This document shows, piece after piece, positions 48,940-62,283 of a stretch of DNA of 64,000 bases. The position numbers and the translations under genes are program-made. The notes under the pieces were generated by a model. It worked only from the letters and a program-made list of their open reading frames with translations, made no database searches and had not been told where the DNA came from. The stretch's first letter is position 1. Every line of letters begins with the position of its first letter. Origin of the DNA: Leptogorgia sarmentosa (lineage: Eukaryota); contig OZ210885.1 of the NCBI GenBank assembly GCA_964658305.1, positions 11,284,001 to 11,348,000 on the forward strand, given 5' to 3'.

Positions 48940-49808
48940 TTTTTGCGCAGATATATTGCTATCGCGCTTGTTAAGTTCGTTAAATACTTTTGAGATGACG
49001 TAACGACAAGATGGCGGCCGTGGAGGAGCGGAGGCGATGTTGCATTGCTTTTGCCGAAAAAATGTAAAGTGTAGTGTTGAAATGCGAACGTTTAGACAAA
49101 CAATTTTGTCTTTCTGATTAAGTATTATTAAATGTACAATTGCAATTATAGCAGCAGCGTGTTATTTCGTCGAATTAGAAGTTGCGATTCTGTAAATTTA
49201 CTCTCGTAGCATTGCGGTTGCATTGCGAAATATAAATCCCAGTAAATGTGCCATTACAGTTCGAAAAATCATTCAAAACAACGGCATGTTATGTTGCAAT
49301 GTTTGCCCCAATAGAATGTAAAGTGTAGCCTTCAAATACGAAAGTTTAGGCAATCAATTTTCACATTCTACATCTCAGGAAGTGCGCAATTATATTTTAA
49401 AACGACATGGACAATTTAAAAACATGGACAGAATATGTTGCATGTAAGTGGTCTTATACAAAGGGTAAACTTGGTCACTAGAAAGCCACATATTTCGCGA
49501 CAACGTTAACATCAATAAAATTGAAGGTCTTTAAAATACGCCATATCGTAGCTATGTCGCCCAGTTTCAATTCCAATGCAATTTGATATTCGCAGAATGT
49601 ATTTATGAAAGCTTATATTAAGTACTCAAAGCACAACCTCGCGCCTTAGGAAGCACTATTTTCGGGAAAATAGTCGCGCTATTTGTATGCTATTTTATAC
49701 ATGCAAGGTGACACATATGCGGGACAGATTCGACAGGTCGCGCAATGACAAGTTTGTATCAGCTGGTAACTTGCGCGCAGATACATGTCACTTGGTGTAC
49801 CTATTTTA
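48940..49808 (+). mobile_element. HINE related to the 13081 family
   Basis: Starts ttttgcgcagatatattgctatcg, ends gcgcagatacatgtcacttggtgtacctatttt. Confidence 0.65.
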
Positions 49809-51060
49809 TATATTTCGAATCTCAGCTTTTCGGTGTGACAGTGCCCCTTTAATGCACTTGTATACGTATATAAAACATGTGTCCCTCACCTCCCACAATA
49901 ATTCCTGGCGAAGTGGGCAGTCGTTCGAAATATCAAACCTTTTTGTATCAATTATGTAGGTCATGAGCAAAGAGTTTTGCTGGTTGTTATCTATCTGTTA
50001 CATGTTTAGTCATCACCCTCAGACATTAATGAACCCATTAAAGTGTATACAAGATGAACATTTCGAATTTTTTTACATGATCTGAAAATTCCATCTTTGC
50101 GGAGCATATTGATACCAATCTTGTTGACAACGTCGAACGAGAAGTTTGTGAATTTTAGGCTAAAGTTGGGCTATAGGACATTTTACATGATGAAGGACTG
50201 GTACCAAAAATTCCGGCCTTGTGACGTGTGCATAGTAAGTAAGACATAGAATGAATAACAACAAAATTCACTGATCACAAGACATTAGCTTGTATATTTC
50301 TTCTTCTAAATGCGAAACGTATTCAATAATGGAAGGTTTTAATAGAGATACAGAACAAGCAACAAATAACACGGACGTTGTTAAACCATCGTCTGTTAGA
50401 GCCATGCAGTTGCTGTATTAAAACTATAAGGTAGACAAAACAGACGGGATTGGTGGGCTATATTTCGTGGAATAACCTTTGAAGTGAGAAAGCAAAGCTG
50501 TAGATAGACTTTGTAAAGAGATTCTTGATTCTCGAATGTATGACCAAAAATATGCAACGGGAATATCGTTTCATGACGCACCGAGCAGATACGATCAAGG
50601 TAAATACAGCTGACTGCAGTCATTGCAATGCCAAGGGCTTTTATACCTGATAGGACAGGGAAAATGATCTTGAATCAAAAAGCAAAACGTATGATCCCAA
50701 GAGTTGTATTCTACAAGGTTGTATTCTATTCTTCACATTATTCTTCTATTACCTGTATTCTGAATTTTAATGAACTTGGACAATATACTAGCTTGCTTAA
50801 TCGGTCAGCGTACAGGTGTGACGCGAAATTCTTGACTTGCTAAATACATGATAATCGCAGTGCTGCACATTCGCAAATGATGCGCGACAGCAGAAATTTT
50901 TTTTTGGATCACTTTGCTCGGGAGGTACTGGGTCGAGAATATTATATGGCAATTCTGACTGTAAAAAGAAAATATTGTCTTTTCTTTTTCTTTTTGTTTC
51001 CCTAACAACAAAATGTCGAGAGAAAAATTTTGAAAGAAAAAAAACAAAATTATACAAAAA

Positions 51061-51133
51061 ACCAACACACGAGACTCGAACCTGCGGGGTCGCTGCTGGC
51101 GAGTCGGGACCATATCCTCTGAGCCAACGAAGC
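51061..51133 (-). mobile_element. tRNA-like / Pol III SINE remnant
   Basis: A box tggctcagagg, B box ggttcgagtc, followed by a T-run; the acceptor stem does not pair. Confidence 0.35.
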
Positions 51134-54100
51134 TCGACAAAATTGCCGGTAAAAACCTTTTATATGAATAGATTTTGCAGTACAACATATAAAGTACGCG
51201 CGGTTACTAAGTATCCCAAAGAAAGTGATCCCAAAATAAATTTCTGCTGTGCGACATCCACGTTAGCTCATAAATTTTGCAACTGCTGAAGCTACAACGA
51301 CATGTTTTCCTTCGAAAGCTATTTTTAAGTAATTTTTCTGTAAATGTTCTTTACGAATGGCTACAAATTCATGTACGGCATCTATTACTATAATTTAATA
51401 ATAATATACTTAAAGTATATCTAATTCTAGGCGAATTAAAAGTTGTCAGACGGCCGCCGCCAAATGTCAAGGGGAATTCGTATGAATATCTACCCTGTAT
51501 GTATTGTTATGGGTTTCTCCATAAAGGACAGCTGTGCCGCAATGTACGGACATGTGAGTTTGCGAATAAAGAACATGTGAGTTTGCGAATAAAGAACATT
51601 TGCCCGATTTGGAGCCAAGACGTTTACGTTATAACTGCAGCCTCTTGCTCTCAACAAAGCAAACATAAAAAGTCAAGCCTTGGCTGATCACGTGTTTCCA
51701 CGAATGAAACAGGACGTGATCAGCTTGGTTGCGAATGAAGATGAAGTGATCACAATATATGGTGGTGCTTTACTCCTCAAACATGGTAGTGAAAAGGTCA
51801 AGTTAATTTCGCAACATATGCGGGATCTGGCACGACTGCTAATGCAGCTGAGGCAGTTGTGCAATGTGCCTGCATTGCAGTTGAAGCAGCCAGTTAAACC
51901 AGAGTTTTTTGATAAATTCGTGGAAGCGACCCGAACAGTCAGCGGCTTTGACAAAAAAGAGCGTAATTTAAATCAATACAAAGCCCCATCGAGTGCCCAA
52001 AAATCGGGTATGCAACAAAAAAAGCAGCACTCATAGGGAAAGGGCAGGCCATTCGCTGTCGTGATTCCAACATCAAGAAAGACGTTGATGATTTCCTCAG
52101 TCTCTACGACGGCGAATGGTCGGAGAAGGTATCCAGTAATGCCCTGAATGCTCTGGCTTATAGGAAACATAAGAAGCCAGAGACACTGCCCCTTACTGAG
52201 TACTTAGTCAAACTCCGACAATATCAGATGAATAAGGTTAGCTACTTAACATTAATTGATAGCGAAATCGTTTAATACTCGTCAGGGAAGCAATATGCTT
52301 AGAGAATTAGCCCTTAAGTCACTCAGTCAGCTGGGGCTTGTCTCGACATTCGACAATGAGAAACCTCGATAAAACGTTGTTTAAATTATTTCCTCAATAA
52401 TAATTAAGAATTATTAATAATAATAATTTAATAATTATTTATTAACTCATTGTGGTATTTTCGTCACAAACTATGCAAATACCCATATTTTCGTGAGTAT
52501 GTATGTTTAATCCTTTGGTGGAAAATATTGTTTCGTTCTCAAATGCGTTTTTATCAGGATTTCTAAGCCAGGAAATAACATGTATAGGCTAATAGGCTAC
52601 CATTTCTAGTCTCTAATGTTTAACGCCAGGTTTAACAAAGATATTATTTTATGATTTTTTTAAGATCGGCGAGTTAGCCGAAAGTTTAGAGTCATGTTCG
52701 GATAAAGAGGTATGGCGAAATTTGGCCGAGTTGTGCTTAACAAGGATGATCATTTTCAACAAAAGACGATCAAGAGAGGCCTCACGATTGCGTGTGGATG
52801 TCTACAACAGCAGACCTGATTGGGCATCGGCACAAAATCAAGAAATTGAATCATCCTTGTCCCCACAAGAAAAGGAACTTTCTAAAAGGTAATCAATTGT
52901 TTACCCTGGCCTCCGTTAGAATCGAGCGATGGTGTGAAAATGAACTCTTCAGGAGTGCGTGCGTCCTCGGACTGAAAATGAAGAAATACTAACATTTCCT
53001 CATTGCGATGCAAGGAGTCAAAACTGTATGGGTACAGGAGAGTCTTTGATCAAAATTTGGACCTCTTGAAATTTGGGCCTTTTTTTAAACTGAAACCAAC
53101 GACTTTAATTAACAACTTCACTGAAGACACATGCTTATCAGCTTTCCAGCGTTTTTTCAGATTTGTTTGCTTTACAACTACCAAGTGTTGATTATTATTT
53201 AAACATCATTAATAATTCATAAACCATTTGTCATTTCAATAATTGGCTAGCATGTTAATACGGCTACATAAAAGAGCTAAAATTTATTAAATTTTGTGAA
53301 TTTCATAGTTTTGAACATCATTTCGGGTTGTATCAAAAGGCCTAAATTAAATTTTGAAATATGACGTGGAATATTTGAGCGAAAAATACCTAAAATTTGT
53401 TAATGTGGAATCGTTCTATGAAATTAGCATTAATTTTGATAAATTGCAAACGTACAAAGACCTTTTCATTTTGGTTTTGCAAATATTACGTTTGAGAAGG
53501 ACTAATATTGATATTTACAGTTAACATAACCAATTTACATTGCTTTCTGTCAAGGTTTGATCTCGTTGAAATCGTGGGGAAGCGTAACCGAAAGGTTCCC
53601 ATTATCATTACCCCAGAGGTACAAAGAGCAATTGAAATATTAATTAAGACTCGTGATGAAGTTGGCGTTCATCCGGATAACCCATATGTCTTCGCCGTCA
53701 ATAATGACAATTCTAAGAATAACATCAGAGGATGCCAAGCCATTGCAAATGTTGTTCGCCATGTCGAACTCAAGTATCAAGAGCAGCTTACCTCGACAAA
53801 GCTGAGGAAATACGTGGCCACCGTCTCGCAGATTGTGGACATGAACGAAGCAGAAATTGGATGGCTGGCCAGGCATCTTGGCCATGACATCCAAATTCAT
53901 AAAGATTTTTACCGGCTACAAGAGATATAACTATCCAAATGGCAATCGTTGGGAATCTTCTTGTAGCTGTGGATGAAGGGAAGGCTGGCCAGTTCAAGGG
54001 GCGGAATTTTAGAGACATAAAGTTGCAAGGTATGAAAAATTCGTATCTAATATTATTACAGGACCATATAAATCCATGACATCAATGTAGCAACATGGCA

Positions 54101-54156
54101 TTGGTTATATGTTCTAAAACGTTCTTTTAATTAGCTATTCTAGTACAACGTCTATT

Positions 54157-55377
54157 TAACAATTAGACAATGAAGCCGAGTTGTCTAATTGTTTTAGTAT
54201 ACACTCTATGCGCAGAATGATTTATATAAAGAAAATTTTTCAGAAACCTTAGCAAAACGCGAGTTTTCTGCAGTAGCCATATTGTTTTCCTTTACTTTTT
54301 CACGAACCGTGGTCTATCACAGAATAGCTAGCCGAGTAGCCAATCAGAATGTAGCATTTCTAATAGACGATGGTTGGGTGTATACTAAAATTTATTAGTA
54401 GAATCATACTCGTATACTATTGCAAATGCTGCAATTTGATTGGCTACTCTACTCGCTATCTATTTAACAATTAGTCGCCTCAGGCTCGGTGATTACAAGC
54501 CTATATTCACTTCGCCGCGAATTTCCAGGTCAAACTGATTTGATTCAAACTGTCTGTTAAGTAGAAATTCAAGTTTTGTTTACTTTGTTTACATAAAATA
54601 ATTCACGCTCATATCACCACTTTGCTAGTGAAAAAAGCCAGTTTTGTTGCATAAAAATAACACTAAATAAAATATTTTACTTTGAAAGATTTTTAAACCA
54701 TATTTTGTCGCTTGTTTGGTTTTCTTGGGGATGCTTACTTGTTTAATTTTGTCAATTTCCTCCAGCGAAATTCAGCAAACCGAGCGGCCATTTTGAATTT
54801 TAATTACGAAAATTGTTATAGTCACCTCCTAGGAGGTGACTATGACAAGAGAGAAATCAATTCTTGTCCAATCAGATTGCAGGAAATGTTATAGTCACTT
54901 GAAAATTTATACTAATCCTCGATAGATAGCGAGTAGCAAAATATGTGAATTTTCGTTCAAGAAAATGTCTTCTGAGACGCGGTTATAAATTATTTTTTGC
55001 AATATTTTCATGTTTGATCTCTAATTCTACTAAAACAATTAGATTACTCGCTATCGATTTCTACGAGATGATAGTTGATTCGGGCTTCGCCCTCATCAAC
55101 TATCACCTCATAGAAATCTCGAGCTCGTAATCTAATTGTTAATTAGTATACACCCAACCATCGTCTATTACAAATGCTACATTCTAATTGGCTACCAGTC
55201 GTTGTCTTTTGCGTGATACACCGCGGTTCGCGAAAAACCAATGGAAAACAATATGGCTACTGCAGAAAACTCGCGTTTTGCTGAGGTTTCTGAAAAATTT
55301 TCTTTATATAAATCATTCTGGGCTTAGAGTGTATACGAAAACAATTAGACAACTCGGTCTCGTTGTATAATTGTTAA
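54157..55377. repeat. About 230-bp inverted arms (54157-54388, 55143-55377) enclosing further hairpin repeats
   Basis: gcaaaacgcgagttttctgcagtagccatattgttttcc and its reverse complement; hairpin at 55032-55140. Confidence 0.8.
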
Positions 55378-56692
55378 TTAGTAGCTACTATGAAGTAAAG
55401 GAAATGGTTGAGTTTTTACAGTATTCATGAACTAAATTATTTGTATTGAACAAACAATAAACTGGAGGGTATTTTCATGGAAATTACTCCAAAGTGACTG
55501 AGCAAACAATTGAAACCCCCTTACCCAGAACTAGGTTTTGCTAATGAATAAAACTTTTTCTCTAAAACGTTTTTTAGTGCAAAGTTTCAAAGAAACTTTG
55601 CAGTATTGTGATGAGTGGCAAAAATTCACATCAGTCATGTAGTCATTCAGTCATTCATAGTGTAAACTCCGGGGGGAGCGTCCCAAATTCTCCTGACATG
55701 CGAAACTCAGTAGTTGACTGATATCCTTGGAATGTTTGAACAGAAATGATTCCATTGCAGTTATATATCGTTGCTCATCATTATTTGCAGTTGTTCTCAT
55801 TGATATGAAAGTTTGTTAGATGTGAAATGTGATCGAAGAAGCGCAGAAATACAGTACACAATGGCGGACGCCCCTCCGGAATTTCAGTTTTTGCAAAAAT
55901 TGCAACTCAGCACTTCTGGGGAATGGGATTACACAATATGGCGGACGCTAAGAGTGGGGCCGTGAATCAGTAATTCAGTATGATGATAATATAATGTGGC
56001 CAACATGTTTGAATGCGTTATAAAGCAGTTAAAATGTTCTTTATATATCAGCAATGAATTTAGAGATTTGAATTTATTATCATTATCAGTAGAAAACTTG
56101 TATTTGTCATGGACAATTTAGTATTGTTAACAGCCGCCGTGCGTATTTATATTAAAAATTTAGTTGGCCGACATTGCGGGCAAACTAAGATGTGTAACAC
56201 AGTAGAACTCGTCACATATTTTAAATTGGTTGATGATAGGCAACATATTTGCGAGCTTTCGCATTTATAGCTTTCGTGTTTGTTTTTGCCGTCTCCGACT
56301 CGACAACACTGGTCGACGGCATCACCAAGCTTGGGCTGTTTGTTTGCCCGAAAATACCGGGGATTTACAGAATTTTCAATGCTAAAAGAACTAAACCACA
56401 TATAGGCATACAAAAGTAAATTTAACGTTGGCTGATACTGTGAATAAACTGGATATTTTATTAAGACGCAGAAGTAACGTGCCACATTGTGATTTATCTC
56501 ATTTAAGATCATTTGTTCAGTACGATCACTACGATGTGTATATAATTTCAAAAAGGTCAGAGGTCAGAGATTTATCTGATTTGCTTCTGCGATGGCAGTT
56601 GCTGGAAGTGATTATTTTCTCGTATCACGTCTGACACGTCAACAATGTTTCCTTAGTTTTCTTTTAAAAAATATGATTTTAATGCCTTCTAA

Positions 56693-56812
56693 GGCCTAGG
56701 TCAAACGTCGAACTTTTCATGTGCCGAACCTAATGTTAATGAGCCAAGTTCTTTGTTTGAGCTCATTTGCATTAGGTTCAGCGCATGAAAAGTTCGACGT
56801 TCGACCTAGGCC
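56693..56812. mobile_element. Palindromic Harbinger-like MITE, 120 bp
   Basis: ggcctaggtcaaacgtcgaacttttcatg...catgaaaagttcgacgttcgacctaggcc; TAA/TTA flanks. Confidence 0.8.
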
Positions 56813-59629
56813 TTAGAAACTTTGCACTATCCTTGGATCCCTAGTTTGGTTTCGAGATAAGACGACGTAAAAATTATTATTTTTGCAGAACAATTTTTAT
56901 TCTTTTTCAGATTTCGATGGTACCAATAAGGAAGAATCCTTTAGTAAGTACAACTAAACATTGTTCTTTTAGTCTATTTGTTATATAGACAATAAGATAC
57001 AACAGAATTCCTGGTGTTGGTAATCCAGGAAATCGGATTATCGTTTTGGCGACAGTTGAAAGAATTTTAAGTTTTCCTTGTGTGCAAACTTGTTTCGGAC
57101 AAAAATACACAGCAGTCGAAATCTCGCGCTTGCCTTCCGATCACACAACTAAGATCATAGCTTTATCTTTAACATTTTAACTTAATTAAAATTTGCAATT
57201 GTTAATGTTGATAATTTTTAAATTTAGTGAGTGATCAAGAAGGACGGACTGGGAACTTAAGCAACGAGCCTTCTACTTCCAGCCAAGGTAACAGGTTCAG
57301 TTTGCAAACAACTAAGTCTTCGATAAGGTGCCAGCTTACCAGCAAACTGCCCTGTGCAAGTTTATGTTTTGCTATTTTCATATACTTGAAATATTCATAA
57401 TATTCATAATAATATATGACACAAAATGGGAGAAAAGGCTAGAATATGGAACTTTCCCGGGAGAGTGGAAGATAAGATATAATTTTTAGCAGGACAGAAA
57501 ATAGCTGGCATAATTGAAAATTTTGAAGGTTTCATGTGTTAACATTACCTTTAAGATAGTAACATGCAAATGTTTATTACTGTTCAGGAATGATGGATGA
57601 TCTCCCTTCAGGAACCACCTCAGCGCACAAAACTGTGACTGCTACTAACGGTAATTGAATAAAAACTGATTTCTAAACAAAAACTCAATAATTCCATGAT
57701 ATTCGATGATTGGCTAGCAAGGCTCAAAAACCGTGCGAGTTACATGTTCACTCATTGGATTGCTCATCCCCAACCAATTTGATATAAAAAACGGCGGCGA
57801 ATGATCAATGAAACCCGCCAACTGACAGGAGATTACACTAATTAGATTAATTAAGAACGTGCCATTCGTGTTAAAATGATTTTTTTCTTGTGTGTTGCCC
57901 TACCTTAAAGCAAGTGGCTTCGCGGAAGCATGCTGGGACCAGTGACATGATTCTGCAGGCAACGAAAGAAGGCCTTAAGTCACATTATGGTTTGAAATGT
58001 CGAACTTATAATGTATTATTTGTTTCTTTTATTATAGTGCCAAAAAGAAGAACATTTAAGACGCAGGCGTGGACAAAGAGAGAGAAAGACAACATTTCAA
58101 TATATTTCGCTTAATATATAAGTGTTGGAAAAGCCCCCTGGAAGCGTGCGATGGAAAAATTCCTAGAAGGAAAAGAGCATCTATTTCCAAACAGAAGTTG
58201 GAAGAACATTAAGGATTGCGTGAGGAACATGGGGACGAAAAACAAATGAAAAAAATTTAAACATTGAAAACCGCTTTAATTTTTTCATAATTGTTCCGTT
58301 TTTTCAAAAACACTGTATTAGAAATAATACAACAGTGCGAAATTCACAAACCTCGCAAGTGCTATTAATTGACAATAAACTCTACCGCTTATTCTCGTTT
58401 ACCCAATGGCCTCGTTTTGCTGATAATGTTGATAAGCTAAAATGAAGGTTATTTTCCGACTTTTTCCGAATGATTTTGTTTGTTGAGCTTAAACTCAAAA
58501 ATAAGCTTACTTAATTTTGACCTTATTGTGCGCGAAATACGAGTAAATATCCAGCATGAAAACGAGGCCATTGGGTAAAATGTGAATAATCGGTAGTCTA
58601 TTGTGCGCAATAACTCGTGCATTATTAGCATGGAATAGTAATTGTTATTGTCAATATGTAATATTCTGTCGCTAAAGCCTATTCCAAACAAACTTTGAGG
58701 AATTCCTCTGGGCCAATTGCATTCATAGTTTCGAAATTCTGTTTCCTTTCAGAAAATCATCAGCTGTACAGCAGTACAATTTTGACCTTTGGAGTGCTTA
58801 CGTCACACGGTTTTTCCATAGATGTAAATACAGTTGAATTGACGCCCACATGCATCATGTTTCCCACATTTCATTTAGACACCGACGTGTATAGCACTTC
58901 AAACATTATTAATTATGGTGCTCTTCTCAGCCAATCAGCATCCAATCATATTTCATAATTATGCTAGTAATAAATGATGAGCTGAAAAGACGTGTAATGT
59001 AAATATATATTATATAATCATAAGGATATTAATTAAAATGATACATTGTAGCATAATAAAAATAAAACGACCTATTTGACAGTATTTGTTATATTTTGCG
59101 AGTGGGAAGCCTAGTCGATCAAGATTATTTAATTTAACATGCATTTGTCGAAAATTAGCATGAAACTTGTTATAGAATAATTCAAAGCAAACTTACCTTA
59201 AAGCAAAATGTAAAAATAAGAGATTATTTGCACTCGAAGCAATTATACTGAATCAGCATTCCACAAAAGGTCAGTAACTTTTTCTGTTTTAACACTGCTC
59301 TTGGCCAAATAACATTCATAATTTCAGTACAAATAATAAACAATTATTGAATGAGGTCGAGTAGGATATGTTGAATTATTACGAGGCTTAATAACTGGAT
59401 TTATTATACATTGTAGTTAGTAAGCTTACAGTTGAATCGCTCAATCACGCAACCTGCAGAAAATCCAGTTATGCAGGGGCAGACCCCCTCACATCTCTTA
59501 ACAGTAGAATTGTGATGCAAGTTGCAAGAAAAATTCCATCGTGTAACACGTCTTTACAGATCCACAGAACTTGTTACTGCTCTAACGCTCTCAAAACAAC
59601 GGAACATTTATTATCAAATTTAACAAGTG

Positions 59630-60065
59630 AACTAAGTCGTTACACAGTGTTTCATGCTAGGCAATTATCAGACGACTGGTTACATTCAATTATTCGTCTA
59701 TTTTTATAGTCTACCCAGTTGTTGTTATTCTGGCGACTATTGTTCTTAATTGCTTTTTAATTATCCGGTGGCGTCTCTTTGAAGTTGGTAAGGAGAAACT
59801 TGTTTTTGTGACGACATGTCGAAAGAATTTCACTTCTTTTGTTTAGCAAGTTCTCATTGCTGTGGAAGATGATGTGGAACTTTTCTGAAAGGCAAAGGTT
59901 GCATGTTTTGGAGCTTTTCTGATGTGGAACTCAATTAAAAAGCAATTAAGAACAATAGTCGCCAGAATAACAACAACTGGGTAGACTATAAAAATAGACG
60001 AATAATTGAATGTAACCAGTCGTCTGATGATTGCCTAGCATGAAACACTGTGTAACGACTTAGTT
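59630..60065 (-). mobile_element. 5'-truncated Penelope-like element with inverted terminal repeat copies
   Basis: Minus strand about 59921-59761 reads QKSSKTCNLCLSEKFHIIF...LLNKRSEILSTCRHKNKFLL...*, a PLE ORF C-terminus. It is flanked by about 133-bp inverted repeats (59630-59762, 59933-60065). Confidence 0.85.
60018..60060 (+). ncRNA. Type I hammerhead ribozyme (PLE-associated)
   Basis: AGTCGT CTGATGA t-TGC-cta-GCA-t GAAAC actgt GTA ACGACT. Perfect 6-bp stem I, intact CUGAUGA/GAAA core, GUA cleavage triplet (cut after 60054). The inverted copy at 59635-59677 has CUGAUAA. Confidence 0.8.
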
Positions 60066-60217
60066 GTTAAATTTTTGAATAAAATATCTATCTATCTATA
60101 TATATAATATATATATATATATAATATATATATATTCATAATATTCATAATAATATATGACACAAAATAGGAGAAAAGGCTAGAATATGGAACTTTCCCG
60201 GGAGAGTGGAAGATAAG

Positions 60218-61436
<1,219 letters not shown>

Positions 61437-62283
61437 TTGGGTACGAGTATGATAGAAATAGAGCGAGTACGATGGAAATATATACACCTGTTGATTAAAA
61501 AAATGGAATAAACCACAGAGATGCAAGTGGGGTTTCATACCTTCAATTTTACCTTTGGGATCCGTGATCCTCAAACAGATATCACACAAGTCAAAATTAC
61601 ACATTCGACAATGGTTTGGATATTTGTTTGGCGAAGGATTTGCATTTTATGCCAAAAAAATGGGGGGGGGGGGTAATTTGGTATCGAAAACGTTCCTACT
61701 GATAATTGTAGGTGAGATAGATAACAGCAAATTTTATTTTCAACAAGGCTATACACTAATTATAGCAAAGCATCATTATGAAATATGGCGTGCATTCCTT
61801 GCAAACTATCCTGGGATGACAAATTACAAATTTACTTGATATTGTTCAAATAGTTCGAACTTCGAAAATGTTAAATCCGTGACCCTGAAAGCGAATATTT
61901 CGAGCCTCAGGAAAGCGAATATTTCGCATTTTCCAAGGTTTTCTGGTTTTAACAGAAATTTTACTAAAAAAATTACCAAATCCTTGAATTTTACCAAAAA
62001 TTTTACCAAAAAATCTGTTTTACTAGATTTCTATAAAATTTGCCGAAATTTTACCAAAAGTAAAAAAATGTACTGAATATGGTCACACTGGAACCGCGCC
62101 TGTAATAGTAAACAAAGAGACGTATCGTTGGTACAACACAAGGGAACAATAAGGGCAAGTGAAAAATTATCAAGTCCGATTTGACTCGAGGCGTTAGTAA
62201 ACACAGTCGACAAAGACAGACTACAAGGCGTGTGTTCACAGGAGTTTTTTTGTTGGGCTTCGAACGGAACAGCATAAGGATAT

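Larger units (their letters stand above)
50400..58249 (+). pseudogene. Intron-containing tyrosine recombinase gene (Crypton-type element), frameshifted
   Basis: Exons about 50400-50599, 51431-52236, 52665-52888, 53555-54029, 56911-56943, 57228-57287, 57588-57650, 58038-58249. Motifs YLPCMYCYGF, FNKRRSRE, GKRNRKVP, TKLRKY, LGH..IH..FYR, and a C-terminal WT..EK...PG...RSWKNIKDCVRN. Several stops and frameshifts. Confidence 0.8.

Noticed and set aside
51061..51133. Functional tRNA gene
   Set aside because: A and B boxes are present, but the acceptor and T stems do not pair; the same applies to 19047-19113.
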